This document shows positions 29,854 through 40,523 of a DNA stretch of 64,000 bases, in pieces (the first letter of the stretch is position 1; every line of letters starts with the position of its first letter). The notes under the pieces were generated by a model. That model did no database searches. It worked only from the letters and a program-made list of their open reading frames with translations, and was not told the origin of the DNA. Position numbers and translations under genes: made by a program. This DNA is from Desulfobacterales bacterium (GTDB lineage Bacteria; Desulfobacterota; Desulfobacteria; Desulfobacterales; UBA2174), in assembly GCA_963668645.2 (NCBI GenBank), contig CAXXWC010000006.1:1-64000 (forward strand), written 5' to 3'.

Positions 29854-31491
29854 GTGTTCAAAAACAAGCCAACCTCGATCGTGGTCCTGTCAGTTTTGAT
29901 CGCTGTTTTCATTTTCGGCTCCGGAATCGTCTGCCAGGCGGCGCCCAAGAAAGGCGGCACCATCATCGAGGCCATGGGAACAGAACCGACCAACCTGGAT
30001 CCTTTCAAGGCCGCCCGCCGGCCGGAGAACACCATTTTGCACCTGATCTTCGAGCCGCTGGTCGTCATCAACGACAAGCTCACCCTGGAACCGCTGCTGG
30101 CCGAATCCTGGAGCGGCAACGATGACAAGTCCGTATGGGATTTCAAACTCAAGCAGGGGATCACCTTCCACGACGGAACGCCGCTGAACGCCGAAGCGGT
30201 CAAGTTCTCCATGGAGGCGCACAAGAAAGGCTCCGGGGGAAAATTCATCACAGTGGTCAAGGAGGTCAAGGCACTGGACGAAAATACCGTCCGCTTTGTC
30301 CTGAGCCGCTCCTATCAGCTTTTCCCCAACGACCTGGCAAACTTCCGCCTCTGTATCGTGTCGCCCACAGCCGTCAAAAAGGCGGGCAACGACTGGGGCA
30401 GCAAGATAATCGCGGGAACGGGCCCCCTCAAGTTTGACCAATGGATCTCCGGCGACCGGGTCATCCTCAAACGCTTCGACGATTATCACCATGCTCCGTC
30501 CTGGGTGGCCAACAAAGGCCCGGCTTACGTGGACACCTACGTGATCCGGTTCATCCCCGAGCCGGCCACGCTCATCGCCGAGCTCACCAACGGGGAAGTG
30601 GACCTTTCCGACTACGTGACCGGAAGGGACGTAAAACGCGTGCAGCAAAGCGATGCCGCCGAACTCTACCTGGCCAAGTCCACCGCTCCGGCATATCTGG
30701 CGATCAATTGCGACAAAAACAACTACCCTTACACCGACGTAAGAGTCCGCCAGGCTGTGTCACTGGCCTTGAACAAAAAGGCCATCATCAAGGCGGCGCT
30801 GGCCGGAGTGGGAGACCCCCTTTACACCCCCCTGGCCCCCACGGTTATGGGGTTTGATAAGGAATCCGAAGAGCAGGGCAAAACCGTCAACGGTTACGAC
30901 CCGGAAAGGGCCAAGAAACTGCTCGAAGAAGCCGGCTGGACCGATACCAACGGCGACGGGATCCGCGAAAAGGAAGGCCAGGAGCTGGACTGCAACTTCA
31001 TCGCCTTTACCATCGTACGGTTCAAGCGCATCGCCGAGGTGGCCACCCCCATGCTCCAGGCTGTGGGATTCAAGGTCAAGACCCAGATCCTGGAACCCGG
31101 GGACCTGTATGAACGAACGCTGAAATTCGAACACGATCTACTGGCCACCTCATCGGTGGGCAGCCAGGGGAACGCCATCGACGATCTGGTATCGACCCTG
31201 CACAGCAAAAGCATCGGAACGGTCACCCAGTGGAGCTGCTACCAGAATCCGGAAATGGACAAACTCCTCGACGATGCCCGCTACCAGGCCGATACGACCG
31301 TCAGGGCCGAGGCATTGAAAAAGGCCCAGATGCTTTCCGTCAAAGACCAGGTTGTGGCGCCCATCTGCAATGCCATGGAGATCTTCGGCTATAAGAAGAC
31401 CCTCGGCGGCGTCGATAACTACCTGAAACATCCCTGGTGCTTCAACCAGGTGGATGCTTTCAGAGGCCTGGAACTCTGGCAGAACCGATAG
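29854..31491 (+). CDS. Peptide/nickel ABC transporter substrate-binding protein (family 5)
   Basis: Signal peptide, PLLAESW, KQGITFHDGTPLNAEAVKFS, GTGP, DVRVRQAV. Confidence 0.92.
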   Translation: MFKNKPTSIVVLSVLIAVFIFGSGIVCQAAPKKGGTIIEAMGTEPTNLDPFKAARRPENTILHLIFEPLVVINDKLTLEPLLAESWSGNDDKSVWDFKLKQGITFHDGTPLNAEAVKFSMEAHKKGSGGKFITVVKEVKALDENTVRFVLSRSYQLFPNDLANFRLCIVSPTAVKKAGNDWGSKIIAGTGPLKFDQWISGDRVILKRFDDYHHAPSWVANKGPAYVDTYVIRFIPEPATLIAELTNGEVDLSDYVTGRDVKRVQQSDAAELYLAKSTAPAYLAINCDKNNYPYTDVRVRQAVSLALNKKAIIKAALAGVGDPLYTPLAPTVMGFDKESEEQGKTVNGYDPERAKKLLEEAGWTDTNGDGIREKEGQELDCNFIAFTIVRFKRIAEVATPMLQAVGFKVKTQILEPGDLYERTLKFEHDLLATSSVGSQGNAIDDLVSTLHSKSIGTVTQWSCYQNPEMDKLLDDARYQADTTVRAEALKKAQMLSVKDQVVAPICNAMEIFGYKKTLGGVDNYLKHPWCFNQVDAFRGLELWQNR

Positions 31492-31506
31492 ACCAGCACC
31501 GTTACA

Positions 31507-31537
31507 GGGGAAGCCCCTTCAAGCGAGGGGCTTCCTG
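31507..31537 (+). other. Intra-operon stem-loop after the binding-protein gene
   Basis: GGGGAAGCCCCTT-CAAGC-GAGGGGCTTCCTG with no U-tract. Confidence 0.6.
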
Positions 31538-31586
31538 TACCGCCGCAGCTGCGGTCGCGGCGTGACAACCACACACAACAACGAGG

Positions 31587-32537
31587 ATGTTCGCGGTGAT
31601 AAAATACGCTTTACGCAGGCTTTTGCTGCTTCTGCCGGTTCTGTTCATCGTCACCATCCTGGCTTCCTCACTGATCTACATGACGCCGGGCGACCCGGTG
31701 CGGGTGATGCTCGGCCTGAGGGCGGACCAGGCATCGGTGGACCGAATACGCTCCGAGCTCGAACTGGACAAGCCCATGTACGTGCGATACGGAAAATGGC
31801 TCAGTCGGGTGGTGAGGGGAGACCTGGGACGATCCTTGCAAAGGAACGAAGACGTTCTCGACATGATCCTCGACAGGCTTCCCGCCACCTTGGAGCTGGC
31901 CGTTTTCGCCCTCGCCCTGTCCGTGGTGCTGTCCCTGCCCATCGGAGTGATCTCCGCTACGAAATCAGGGACCTACATCGACAAGCTTCTTTCCTTCTTT
32001 TCCCTCTTTTGGGTCTGCATGCCGGGATTCTGGCTGGCCCTCATTGCGCTTCTCGTATTTTCCATCCATCTGGACATCTTTCCCATCTCGGGACGCGGAG
32101 GCCCCATCTGGACCCTAAAGGGGCTCAAGTATCTCATCCTCCCCGGCCTGGTCCTCGGCATCCGCCAGATCGCCATCGTCACCCGGCTGATCAGGGCCGG
32201 AATGCTGGAAACACTCAATGCGGACTATGTGAGGACAGCACGCAGCAAAGGGCTTAGCGAACGGGTGGTCATTTACAGCCACGCGCTGCGCAACGCCATG
32301 ATCCCCACGGTCACCATCTTCGGGCTCCAGATTCCGGAGATCATTTCCATGGGGGTCATCATCGAAATCGTGTTCGCCTGGCCGGGGATGGGCCGCCTCC
32401 TGGTAGATGCGGTGTTCAAGTGTGATTACACCCTGGTTCAGGGAATAGTCTTCGTGTACGCCATTTTGGTGATCTTCATGAATCTGCTGGTCGATCTTCT
32501 CTACGGGTATATCGATCCGCGCATCAAGACCGAATAG
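31587..32537 (+). CDS. Peptide ABC permease (DppB/OppB-like)
   Basis: PGDPV, GDLGRS, YVRTARSKGL (EAA loop), HALRNA, IDPRI. Confidence 0.92.
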   Translation: MFAVIKYALRRLLLLLPVLFIVTILASSLIYMTPGDPVRVMLGLRADQASVDRIRSELELDKPMYVRYGKWLSRVVRGDLGRSLQRNEDVLDMILDRLPATLELAVFALALSVVLSLPIGVISATKSGTYIDKLLSFFSLFWVCMPGFWLALIALLVFSIHLDIFPISGRGGPIWTLKGLKYLILPGLVLGIRQIAIVTRLIRAGMLETLNADYVRTARSKGLSERVVIYSHALRNAMIPTVTIFGLQIPEIISMGVIIEIVFAWPGMGRLLVDAVFKCDYTLVQGIVFVYAILVIFMNLLVDLLYGYIDPRIKTE

Positions 32538-32539
32538 GG

Positions 32540-33433
32540 ATGGGGACAGAGACGATGTCGGCACAGAAAGTCGCTGGTGAAAAAAGCATTTTCAAAACCA
32601 CCGTACGAAGGCTGAAAAAGGACAAGACCGCCGTAGCCGGATTCCTCATCATTGTATGTCTCGTGTTCTCGGCGTTCTTTGCCCCCTGGCTCACCCCCTA
32701 CGATCCGGCCAAGCAAAACTACGAAGAGCTGCTCCTTCCCCCGTCCTTGCACAATCCGCTGGGCACCGATCAGTACGGCAGGGACATGCTCACCCGCATC
32801 CTGTACGGGTGCCGCTATGCGATCCTCATCGGGGTCGCGGTGGTGGCCATTCAACTGGCCGTGGGGGTCAGTCTCGGACTGACCGCGGGATTCTACGGGG
32901 GGATGACCGAATCGATCATCATGCGGTTCACCGACGTGATGCTGGCCATCCCGGGGGTCGTTTTGGCGGTTACCATCGCCGGCATGCTCGGAGGCGGCAT
33001 TCACAACTGCATCATCGCGGTGGGAGCGATCGGGTGGCGCGCCTACACGCGGCTCGTTCGCGCCGAGGTGCTCTCGATCAAGGAGAGCGTCTACATCGAA
33101 GCGGAACGTGCCATCGGGTGCAGCAACGCCCGCATCATCCTGCGCCACGTGCTGCCCAACGCCATCGGTCCGGTGATCGCCTACATGCCTCTGTCGGTGG
33201 CAAGCGCCATCATCTGGGCCGCGGCCCTGAGTTTCCTGGGCCTGGGGGCCCAGCCGCCCACTCCCGAATGGGGGGCGCTTCTGGCCGACGGCCGCGAATT
33301 CATGCAGGATGCCTGGTGGATCGCCACCTTTCCGGGCATCGCGATCCTCATTACCGTGATGGGGTTCAACTTCTTCGGAGACGCCCTGCGAAACGCCCTC
33401 GATCCCAAGACCATCAGGGGCATGGCGCGCTGA
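32540..33433 (+). CDS. Peptide ABC permease (DppC/OppC-like)
   Basis: LGTDQYGRD, RHVLPN, LSFLGLGAQPPTPEWG, GDALRNALDP. Confidence 0.92.
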   Translation: MGTETMSAQKVAGEKSIFKTTVRRLKKDKTAVAGFLIIVCLVFSAFFAPWLTPYDPAKQNYEELLLPPSLHNPLGTDQYGRDMLTRILYGCRYAILIGVAVVAIQLAVGVSLGLTAGFYGGMTESIIMRFTDVMLAIPGVVLAVTIAGMLGGGIHNCIIAVGAIGWRAYTRLVRAEVLSIKESVYIEAERAIGCSNARIILRHVLPNAIGPVIAYMPLSVASAIIWAAALSFLGLGAQPPTPEWGALLADGREFMQDAWWIATFPGIAILITVMGFNFFGDALRNALDPKTIRGMAR

Positions 33434-33492
33434 CAAGGTGGCCCCGTACGCCACCGATATACACCTCCCTGCAATGTGAGGGGAAAAGAGAC

Positions 33493-34473
33493 ATGAAGCC
33501 TCTGCTGGAAATACAAAAGCTTGTGACCAATTACTATACCGAATACGGCATCGTGCACGCGGTGGACGAAGTCAGCTTTACCATCCCGCGCGAGCGAACC
33601 GTGGGCATCGTAGGAGAGAGCGGATGCGGCAAGTCCGTCACCGCCATGTCCGTCATGGGGCTGATTCAGCCCCCGGGTAAAATCGACGGGGGCGCCATCA
33701 TCTACCACAGGAACGGGAAAAGCGTGGATCTGGCCGCCCTCGATCCCAAGGGCGGTCTGATGAGATCCATCCGGGGCAACGAAATCGCCATGATCTTCCA
33801 GGAGCCCATGACCTCCCTCAACCCGGTGTTCACCGTGGGCCGGCAGATCATGGAATCGATCATGCTCCATCAGAACCTGGGCAAGAGCGAGGCGCGACAA
33901 CGTGCCGTGGAGATGCTCCAGAAGGTGGGGATCCCCCTTGCAGACCAGCGGGTGGACGAATACCCCCACCAGCTCTCGGGGGGGATGCGGCAGCGGGCCA
34001 TGATCGCCATGGCTCTGTCGTGCAACCCCTCCCTGTTGATCGCCGACGAGCCCACCACCGCCCTGGACGTGACCATCCAGGCCCAGGTGCTCGACCTGAT
34101 GATGGCACTGCGGGAAGAATTCAAGACCTCGATCATGATGATCACCCACGACCTGGGCGTCGTCGCGGGGATGGCGGACGAAGTCATCGTCATGTACCTG
34201 GGGCGGGTGGTGGAGCAGGCCCCGGTCAGGGGCATCTTCAACTGCCCCAAGCACCCTTATACCAAGGGGCTGCTCGAATCGGTCCCGGCCATCACTTCCA
34301 CCCAGGAAATGCTCCGGTCGATCACAGGCGTGGTTCCCGATCCTTTCGATATCCCCAGAGGATGCCGGTTCGCCCCCCGGTGCAGCGAAGCCTTGGACCA
34401 GTGCAACGCTGAAGAACCCCCACTTTGCGAAATCTCCCTGGGCCATATGGTTGCCTGCTGGAAATGCCGATAG
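33493..34473 (+). CDS. Peptide ABC ATPase (DppD/OppD-like)
   Basis: [38 protein letters not shown]. Confidence 0.93.
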   Translation: MKPLLEIQKLVTNYYTEYGIVHAVDEVSFTIPRERTVGIVGESGCGKSVTAMSVMGLIQPPGKIDGGAIIYHRNGKSVDLAALDPKGGLMRSIRGNEIAMIFQEPMTSLNPVFTVGRQIMESIMLHQNLGKSEARQRAVEMLQKVGIPLADQRVDEYPHQLSGGMRQRAMIAMALSCNPSLLIADEPTTALDVTIQAQVLDLMMALREEFKTSIMMITHDLGVVAGMADEVIVMYLGRVVEQAPVRGIFNCPKHPYTKGLLESVPAITSTQEMLRSITGVVPDPFDIPRGCRFAPRCSEALDQCNAEEPPLCEISLGHMVACWKCR

Positions 34474-34485
34474 GAGGACCCCCAC

Positions 34486-35523
34486 GTGACGCCGAACAAA
34501 AATCTTCTGGAAATCCAGGGCCTCAGCAAATACTTTCCCATCCGCAAGGGAATATTACGAAGGGTGGTGGGATACATAAAAGCCGTGGACGGCATCGATC
34601 TGGCGGTCCGGGAAGGGGAAACCCTGGGGCTGGTGGGTGAAAGCGGATGCGGCAAGACCACCACGGGCAGGTGTATCCTCAGGCTGCTCGACCCCACGGA
34701 CGGGCACATCTTTTTCAGGCAGCCGGTCAAGACCGACGAAAAGAAGGGATATCAGCGGCTGGACATCTCCATCGCCACAGGGCCGGCCCTCAAGGCACTG
34801 CGCAAGGATATGCAGATCATCTTCCAGGATCCTTTCTCCTCTCTGAGCCCCCGGATGACCGTGGGGGCGCTGGTGGAGGAACCGCTCATCGTGCACAGAC
34901 TGGCACCGAACAGGAAAGAGCGCGAGGCGAAAGTCGCCCAGATCCTCTCGGCAGTGGGCCTCAAGCCTGATCACATGCGCCGCTATGCCCACGAATTTTC
35001 CGGTGGCCAGCGCCAGCGCATCGCCGTAGCCCGGGCCCTGGCCACTGAACCCCGACTCATCGTGGCCGACGAGCCGGTGTCCGCCCTGGATGTGTCCATC
35101 CAGGCCCAGGTGCTCAACCTGCTACGGAACCTGCAAAAGGAACGCAACCTCACCTATCTGTTCATCACCCACGATCTGTCCGTGGTCAAACACATCAGCG
35201 ATCGCATCGCCGTGATGTACCTGGGAAAGATCGTGGAACTGGCTTCGAGCTGCGCTCTCTTTTCTGCCCCCAGGCATCCTTATTCCGAGGCCCTCATGTC
35301 GGCTGTGCCCATCGCCAACCCGGACTACAAGACGCATCGCATCCTGCTCAAGGGCGACGTGCCCAACCCCGCGGACCCGCCCCGCGGATGTCACTTCCAC
35401 CCCCGGTGCCGGTATGCCCGGGAGGTGTGCCGCCAAAAGCGGCCCCATTTGCGCAAAGTGGCAGACGGGCATATGGTGAGCTGCCATCTGAGCGAGTCCC
35501 TTGACCTGGCAACCATCCAGTAG
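34486..35523 (+). CDS. Peptide ABC ATPase (DppF/OppF-like)
   Basis: [34 protein letters not shown]. Confidence 0.93.
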   Translation: MTPNKNLLEIQGLSKYFPIRKGILRRVVGYIKAVDGIDLAVREGETLGLVGESGCGKTTTGRCILRLLDPTDGHIFFRQPVKTDEKKGYQRLDISIATGPALKALRKDMQIIFQDPFSSLSPRMTVGALVEEPLIVHRLAPNRKEREAKVAQILSAVGLKPDHMRRYAHEFSGGQRQRIAVARALATEPRLIVADEPVSALDVSIQAQVLNLLRNLQKERNLTYLFITHDLSVVKHISDRIAVMYLGKIVELASSCALFSAPRHPYSEALMSAVPIANPDYKTHRILLKGDVPNPADPPRGCHFHPRCRYAREVCRQKRPHLRKVADGHMVSCHLSESLDLATIQ

Positions 35524-35550
35524 GCTGTATTTTTTCTGTAAGGAGCGATC

Positions 35551-36660
35551 ATGATCGAAATCGACGATTATACCGGCTGGGTCTTCGAAACGCTGCACCG
35601 GCTCCCCGAGCCTGGCCTGCAAGAATTTGAGACTGCCCGCTTCCTGGCCGGGGAGCTGGAACGGTTCGGCTACGAGGTGACCAGCGGGGTTGGAGAAACC
35701 GGGATCGTGGCAACAATGGAAAGCGGGGTTGCGGGACCGGTGCTCGGGGTGCGGGCCGACATGGATGCCTTGCCCTTCGAGGTCGGCGGCAAGATCGAAC
35801 ATATCCATGCCTGCGGCCACGACGCCAACTGCACCATGGTGCTCGCCGCGGCCCGGGCCGTGGCGGCCCGGGGCATCGCCCGGGGCAAACTGAAAATCAT
35901 CTTCCAGCCGGCCGAGGAAACTTTTCTGGGCGCCCGGCAGATGGTGGCAAGCCGTCTTTTGGATGATCTGGAAGAGCTGGTGGGGATCCATCTGCGGCCG
36001 GCGCAGGAACTCGGTTTCGGCCGGGCCGTGGCGGCGGTCTACCATGCGGCTGCCTATCGCATCAGGGCCCTGGTCAAGGGCCGGCCGGCCCACAGCGCCA
36101 AACCGCATCTGGGGATCAATACCATTGATGCCGCAGCCCTGGCCGTCAACGCCGTCAACGCCTTGCGGCTCGATCCGCTGGTACCCCATTCGGCCAAGGC
36201 CACCACTATCCGGTCCTTGGGCACGGCCCACAACATCATCCCCGACCGGACCGAGGTGGTCTTCGATCTCAGGGCCCAGCGCAACGAGACCATGGACGAG
36301 CTGATCCAGAAGGTCAAAAACGCCGTCACGGGCAGTGTCGGCACCCTGGGAGCCGAAGTGGAGATGGAAGATATCGGCGGGGTGCCGGCAGCGGTCTATG
36401 ATCCGCAAATCATCGCCACCGCCGAGGCTGCCATCGCCGAGGTCCTGGGGGAGGCCGATGCGCCGATCATCAATCCGGGAAGCGAAGATTTTCACGTGTT
36501 CACCCTGACCTATGGCCTGAAAAGCGCCTATCTCGGCATAGGGGCTGACCTGAAGCCCGGGCTTCACGACCCGCAGATGTCATTCGACCACCAGGCGTTG
36601 CACCACGGCCGGCAGATCCTTGAAAAGGTGGTGGCCAAACGGCTGGGACAGGCCGGTTGA
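35551..36660 (+). CDS. M20 family amidohydrolase (AmhX/HipO-like)
   Basis: LHRLPEPG, RADMDAL, HACGHD, FQPAEE, GSEDF, GLHDP. Confidence 0.9.
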   Translation: MIEIDDYTGWVFETLHRLPEPGLQEFETARFLAGELERFGYEVTSGVGETGIVATMESGVAGPVLGVRADMDALPFEVGGKIEHIHACGHDANCTMVLAAARAVAARGIARGKLKIIFQPAEETFLGARQMVASRLLDDLEELVGIHLRPAQELGFGRAVAAVYHAAAYRIRALVKGRPAHSAKPHLGINTIDAAALAVNAVNALRLDPLVPHSAKATTIRSLGTAHNIIPDRTEVVFDLRAQRNETMDELIQKVKNAVTGSVGTLGAEVEMEDIGGVPAAVYDPQIIATAEAAIAEVLGEADAPIINPGSEDFHVFTLTYGLKSAYLGIGADLKPGLHDPQMSFDHQALHHGRQILEKVVAKRLGQAG

Positions 36661-36784
36661 AAATCTGCGCGGCACCGGGGTTGCGGGTTGAATCGAATCG
36701 GGATTAAATAACATTAGCTTCTTTCCCGCAACCAAAGGACGGCCCTGGCGTTTGAGCAAATCATCCGGGCCCATGGAGGCCATC

Positions 36785-37786
36785 ATGCGAACCATCCGGC
36801 GCTCGACCTTGGCCGCGATCATGGCCATCGCGCTGCTGGCGGGCTGTGAAAAGGAACCCGTCCAGCCGCCACCTTCCACGGCACCAACCGGAACCGTCGT
36901 CATTATCGGCACCGGCCCGGTGGATGGGTTGGACTATGCCACCGCAGGCGCCATGGCCGCCATCGCCAACCGGCACCTGCCGGTTCACCGGCTGCGCTTC
37001 GTGGTCGAACCCTTTGAAAGTCCCGCCGATGCTCTCCGTGCCGTCCTGGCCGGCGACCTGCAACTGGCCATGGTCGCCGCCGACCTCCAGTTTCAGGCCG
37101 TCAAGGGGCAGGCCGAGTGGCAAACGGCAGGCCCCCAGGCAGAGCTGAGATCCTGTTTCGGGCTCTATGACGAGGTGGTCACCCTGGTGGCCGCCGTGGA
37201 TGCCGGGATCGAAACGGTTCAGGACCTGCGCGGCCGGCGCGTCGGCATCGCCAGCCGGGGATCAGACCAGCGCCGCCATGCCATGGCGGCCCTGGAAGGC
37301 GCCGGATTGAATCTCTCCGAAGACATCATGGCCGACGCCGCGGTGATCTCGGCGGCACCCGGCCTGCTCCAGGAGGGCCGGATCGACGCTTTTTTCCTGA
37401 CCGTCGCTCATCCCCACCAGGCCATTCTCGAGGCCGCCTTCGGGCGCCGCAAGGTGCGCCTCGGAGCCCTGGAGGGGCTCGGCCAAGTCCTGGAAGCCCT
37501 TCCTTACTACACTCCCGCCAAAATCCCCGTCAAACATTACCCGGCTTTCGAAAATGCGGCGGATGTCCCCGCCTTCGGCGTCAAGGCCACCGTCGTGACC
37601 GCCGCCCGAGTATCCCAAGATCCGGTCTACACCCTGGTTAAGGAAATTTTTGAGAACCTGGAGGTCTTGAAAACGATGCACCCGGCCTATGCCGACTTGA
37701 CCCGCGAGGGGATGCGCCAGGGGCTCACGGCCGAGCTTCACCCCGGAGCGGTCCGGTATTTGCGCGAAGCGGGGTTGATGGATTGA
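36785..37786 (+). CDS. TAXI-family TRAP solute-binding lipoprotein
   Basis: Lipobox LLAGC, IGTG, DLRGRRV, LHPGAVRYLRE. Confidence 0.85.
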   Translation: MRTIRRSTLAAIMAIALLAGCEKEPVQPPPSTAPTGTVVIIGTGPVDGLDYATAGAMAAIANRHLPVHRLRFVVEPFESPADALRAVLAGDLQLAMVAADLQFQAVKGQAEWQTAGPQAELRSCFGLYDEVVTLVAAVDAGIETVQDLRGRRVGIASRGSDQRRHAMAALEGAGLNLSEDIMADAAVISAAPGLLQEGRIDAFFLTVAHPHQAILEAAFGRRKVRLGALEGLGQVLEALPYYTPAKIPVKHYPAFENAADVPAFGVKATVVTAARVSQDPVYTLVKEIFENLEVLKTMHPAYADLTREGMRQGLTAELHPGAVRYLREAGLMD

Positions 37787-37820
37787 CGGTGGCTTGAAAA
37801 CGCCACAACATCCTTTACGG

Positions 37821-38834
37821 CTAATCCCAGATTCCCGTGATAGCCGTGCCGCAGGTATCGCAGCGGCCGCCAGCCATGCGAACGGCCCCCACCTGAAAGC
37901 CGCAACGGGCGATCACGGTGCGCCCGCACCCCGGGCAGAGCGTGTCCTCCCCGCCCTGGCCGGGGACATTGCCGATATAGACATGGCTCAGTCCGGCCGC
38001 CAATCCGATCTCCCGGGCCGCCAGAAGGGTGGCCACCGGGGTCGGACCCCGGTCGGTCAGACGATAGGTGGGGTGAAAACGGCTCACATGCCATGGCGTC
38101 TGCGGGCCGAGGGTCTCGACCAGAAAAGCGGCCAGGGCCTTAAGCTCCCGGGCACTGTCGTTGAGCCCGGGAATCACCAGGGTGGTGACCTCCACCAGGA
38201 TGCCCCGTTCACGCATCTGCTGCAAGGTTTCGGTCACCCCGGCCAGACGGGCTCCGCAATAGGTGCGATAAAAATCATCCGAATACGATTTGAGATCCAC
38301 GTTGGCCGCATGCAGATGGGGATGGATCTCGTCCAGGGCCTCGGGCGTCATATACCCGTTGGTGACAAAAACGTTGCGCAGTCCCCGCGCGGCGGCCAAC
38401 CGCGCCGTGTCGCGGGCGAATTCGAAGAAAACGGTCGGTTCGGTGTAGGTGTAGGCGATGGTCCGGCATCCCCGGGCCACGGCATCGGAGACCACCGCCT
38501 CGGGGGTGACCGTCTGGCCGGCGATGGCGCCGCCCCGGTCGGCAGGCAACTGGGCGATATCGGCGTTCTGGCAGAAGCGGCAGCGGAAATTGCACCCTAC
38601 CGTGGCGATGGAGTAAGACCGGGTGCCGGGCAGGACGTGGAAAAGCGGTTTTTTTTCGATGGGATCCACATGCCGGGCGATCAAGCGGCCGTAGACCAGC
38701 GTGTGCAATTTACCCTGGCGGTTTTCGCGCACATGGCACAGGCCGCGGCGTCCCGGTTTGATGTGGCAGCGGTGATGGCACAGATCGCAATACACCGTCT
38801 GTGCTTCGCCCTGGCGGAATAACGACGCTTCCAT
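37821..38834 (-). CDS. AmmeMemoRadiSam-type radical SAM enzyme
   Basis: CDLCHHRC, DPIEKKPLFH, GCNFRCRFCQN, YTYTEP, SRFHP, YIGNV, CPGCG. Confidence 0.9.
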   Translation of the reverse strand: MEASLFRQGEAQTVYCDLCHHRCHIKPGRRGLCHVRENRQGKLHTLVYGRLIARHVDPIEKKPLFHVLPGTRSYSIATVGCNFRCRFCQNADIAQLPADRGGAIAGQTVTPEAVVSDAVARGCRTIAYTYTEPTVFFEFARDTARLAAARGLRNVFVTNGYMTPEALDEIHPHLHAANVDLKSYSDDFYRTYCGARLAGVTETLQQMRERGILVEVTTLVIPGLNDSARELKALAAFLVETLGPQTPWHVSRFHPTYRLTDRGPTPVATLLAAREIGLAAGLSHVYIGNVPGQGGEDTLCPGCGRTVIARCGFQVGAVRMAGGRCDTCGTAITGIWD

Positions 38835-38870
38835 CCTCAGCCTCCTTGGCCACGAAGAACCGGTGCGGTG

Positions 38871-39611
38871 CTAGCCGGCCACCGGTCGATGCTTGGGCGG
38901 GCAGGTCAGCTCCAGCGGGCGCACCCGGAAGCGCGGCACCGGGGTAACCACCACCGCCAGGAAAGCCCCGAAAGGAGAATACTGGATCGGCCCGAGCCCC
39001 TCGAACCATTGCAGGGCCCCGCCCGGATAGAGCGAAAATTGGCCCACGCTACGCCAGGCAACCGGCACGTTTCCCAAAAGCTCGCATACGTAGCGCTGGA
39101 TCTGCCAAAGGGTGTAAGGCCGGGCCCGGTCCAGGGGAGACGGGGCGAAAAAGTGGGCCGCCCGGCGCCACCAGCGATGCAGGCTATAGCGGTTCCAGAC
39201 CCCGATGAACACCTGGTCCCTGGTCACGCGAAAGGCCTCGGCCAAGGCCCGGGAAGGATCCTCGACATACTCCAGACTCAGAAAAAATACGGTGTGATGG
39301 AAGGTATTGTCTTCAAAAGGAAGGGCTTCGGCGGTCCCCCGGCGCAGTTCGACGCGCTTTCCGAAGCGTTCGCCAGCGATGTCGAGCATATACGGCGAAG
39401 GATCGATGCCGGTGACATCGCACCCGGCTTCGACCAGGGCCGCCAAATGCCCGCCTGTGCCGCAGCCGATCCCGAGCACGGAATCCAGGCGCCGGGGGGC
39501 GAGCATCTCCATCATCAGCCGGGTCTGGACTTGGAGCGCCCGGACCACGGCCGGTCTTTCGGTCCAGCTTCGCCAGCTCTTTGCGTCTTGAAAGTCGAAG
39601 ACGTAACCCAT
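38871..39611 (-). CDS. Class I SAM-dependent methyltransferase
   Basis: VLGIGCGTG, GIDPSPYML, AEALPFEDNTF, ALAEAFRV. Confidence 0.85.
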   Translation of the reverse strand: MGYVFDFQDAKSWRSWTERPAVVRALQVQTRLMMEMLAPRRLDSVLGIGCGTGGHLAALVEAGCDVTGIDPSPYMLDIAGERFGKRVELRRGTAEALPFEDNTFHHTVFFLSLEYVEDPSRALAEAFRVTRDQVFIGVWNRYSLHRWWRRAAHFFAPSPLDRARPYTLWQIQRYVCELLGNVPVAWRSVGQFSLYPGGALQWFEGLGPIQYSPFGAFLAVVVTPVPRFRVRPLELTCPPKHRPVAG

Positions 39612-39694
39612 GTATCCTATGTATAGAGATCGGCCTCCGTTTTCAAGGCCCGACACGGGCCGGTGCCTTGACCGGCGCCGCTGGCAGCCTGCGA

Positions 39695-39723
39695 TAAAAC
39701 CCAATCCTAACCGAGACCTAACC
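39695..39723 (+). promoter_or_regulatory. Pho-box-like direct repeats with 11-bp period
   Basis: TAAAACC-caat-CCTAACC-gaga-CCTAACC upstream of the phoB-like gene. Confidence 0.5.
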
Positions 39724-39830
39724 CTTTTCGAATATGTGCCCAATATGGTACGCACATTTTGCCACGGCAGGAATCTTGAATGCCCGCCGATCCGGGTCGG
39801 ACCGGCGGCGAAACCTTTCGGAGCCCGAAC

Positions 39831-40523
39831 ATGAAAAAAGAAACCATTCTGGTGGTCGACGACGAGGAAGACATCCTGGAACTGATCCGCCACCACCTGC
39901 AGCGGGAAGGGTATACCGTGGTCTGCGCCGCTTCGGGTGAAAAGGCGCTCAAACTGACCCGCCAGGAGCCTCCGGACCTGATCATTCTCGATCTCATGCT
40001 GCCGGGCATCGGCGGCCTGGACGTAGCCCGCCACCTGAAAAGCGACGCCCGCTGCCGCACCATCCCCCTGATCATGCTCAGCGCCAAGGGCGAGGAGGCT
40101 GATGTGGTCACCGGACTGGAGCTCGGTGCGGCGGATTATGTGACCAAACCTTTCAGCCCCCGAATCCTGCTGGCCCGCATCAAGGCCGTTTTGCGCCGCC
40201 AGGCCGGTCCGTCCACGGCAGAGGACGAGGTGGTCTCGATCCACGATCTGCTCATTCATCCGGGGCGCCGCGAGGTGCGGGTCTCCGATGTGCAGGTTGA
40301 ATTGACCTACACGGAATTTCAGGTCCTCTACTGCCTGGCACGGCGCCCGGGGTGGGTCTTTACCCGTTCGCAGATCGTCGATGCGGTGCGCGGCGACAAC
40401 TATCCGGTCACGGATCGCAGCGTCGACGTACAGATCGTCGGGTTGCGCAAGAAGCTCGGAGAAGCCGGCCGCTTCATCGAAACCGTTCGCGGCGTCGGCT
40501 ACCGCTTCAGCGAGGCTCCATGA
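39831..40523 (+). CDS. phoB: OmpR/PhoB-family response regulator
   Basis: VVDDEED, DLMLPG, GAADYVTKPF, RSVDVQI, ETVRGVGY; paired with a PhoR-like kinase. Confidence 0.8.
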   Translation: MKKETILVVDDEEDILELIRHHLQREGYTVVCAASGEKALKLTRQEPPDLIILDLMLPGIGGLDVARHLKSDARCRTIPLIMLSAKGEEADVVTGLELGAADYVTKPFSPRILLARIKAVLRRQAGPSTAEDEVVSIHDLLIHPGRREVRVSDVQVELTYTEFQVLYCLARRPGWVFTRSQIVDAVRGDNYPVTDRSVDVQIVGLRKKLGEAGRFIETVRGVGYRFSEAP

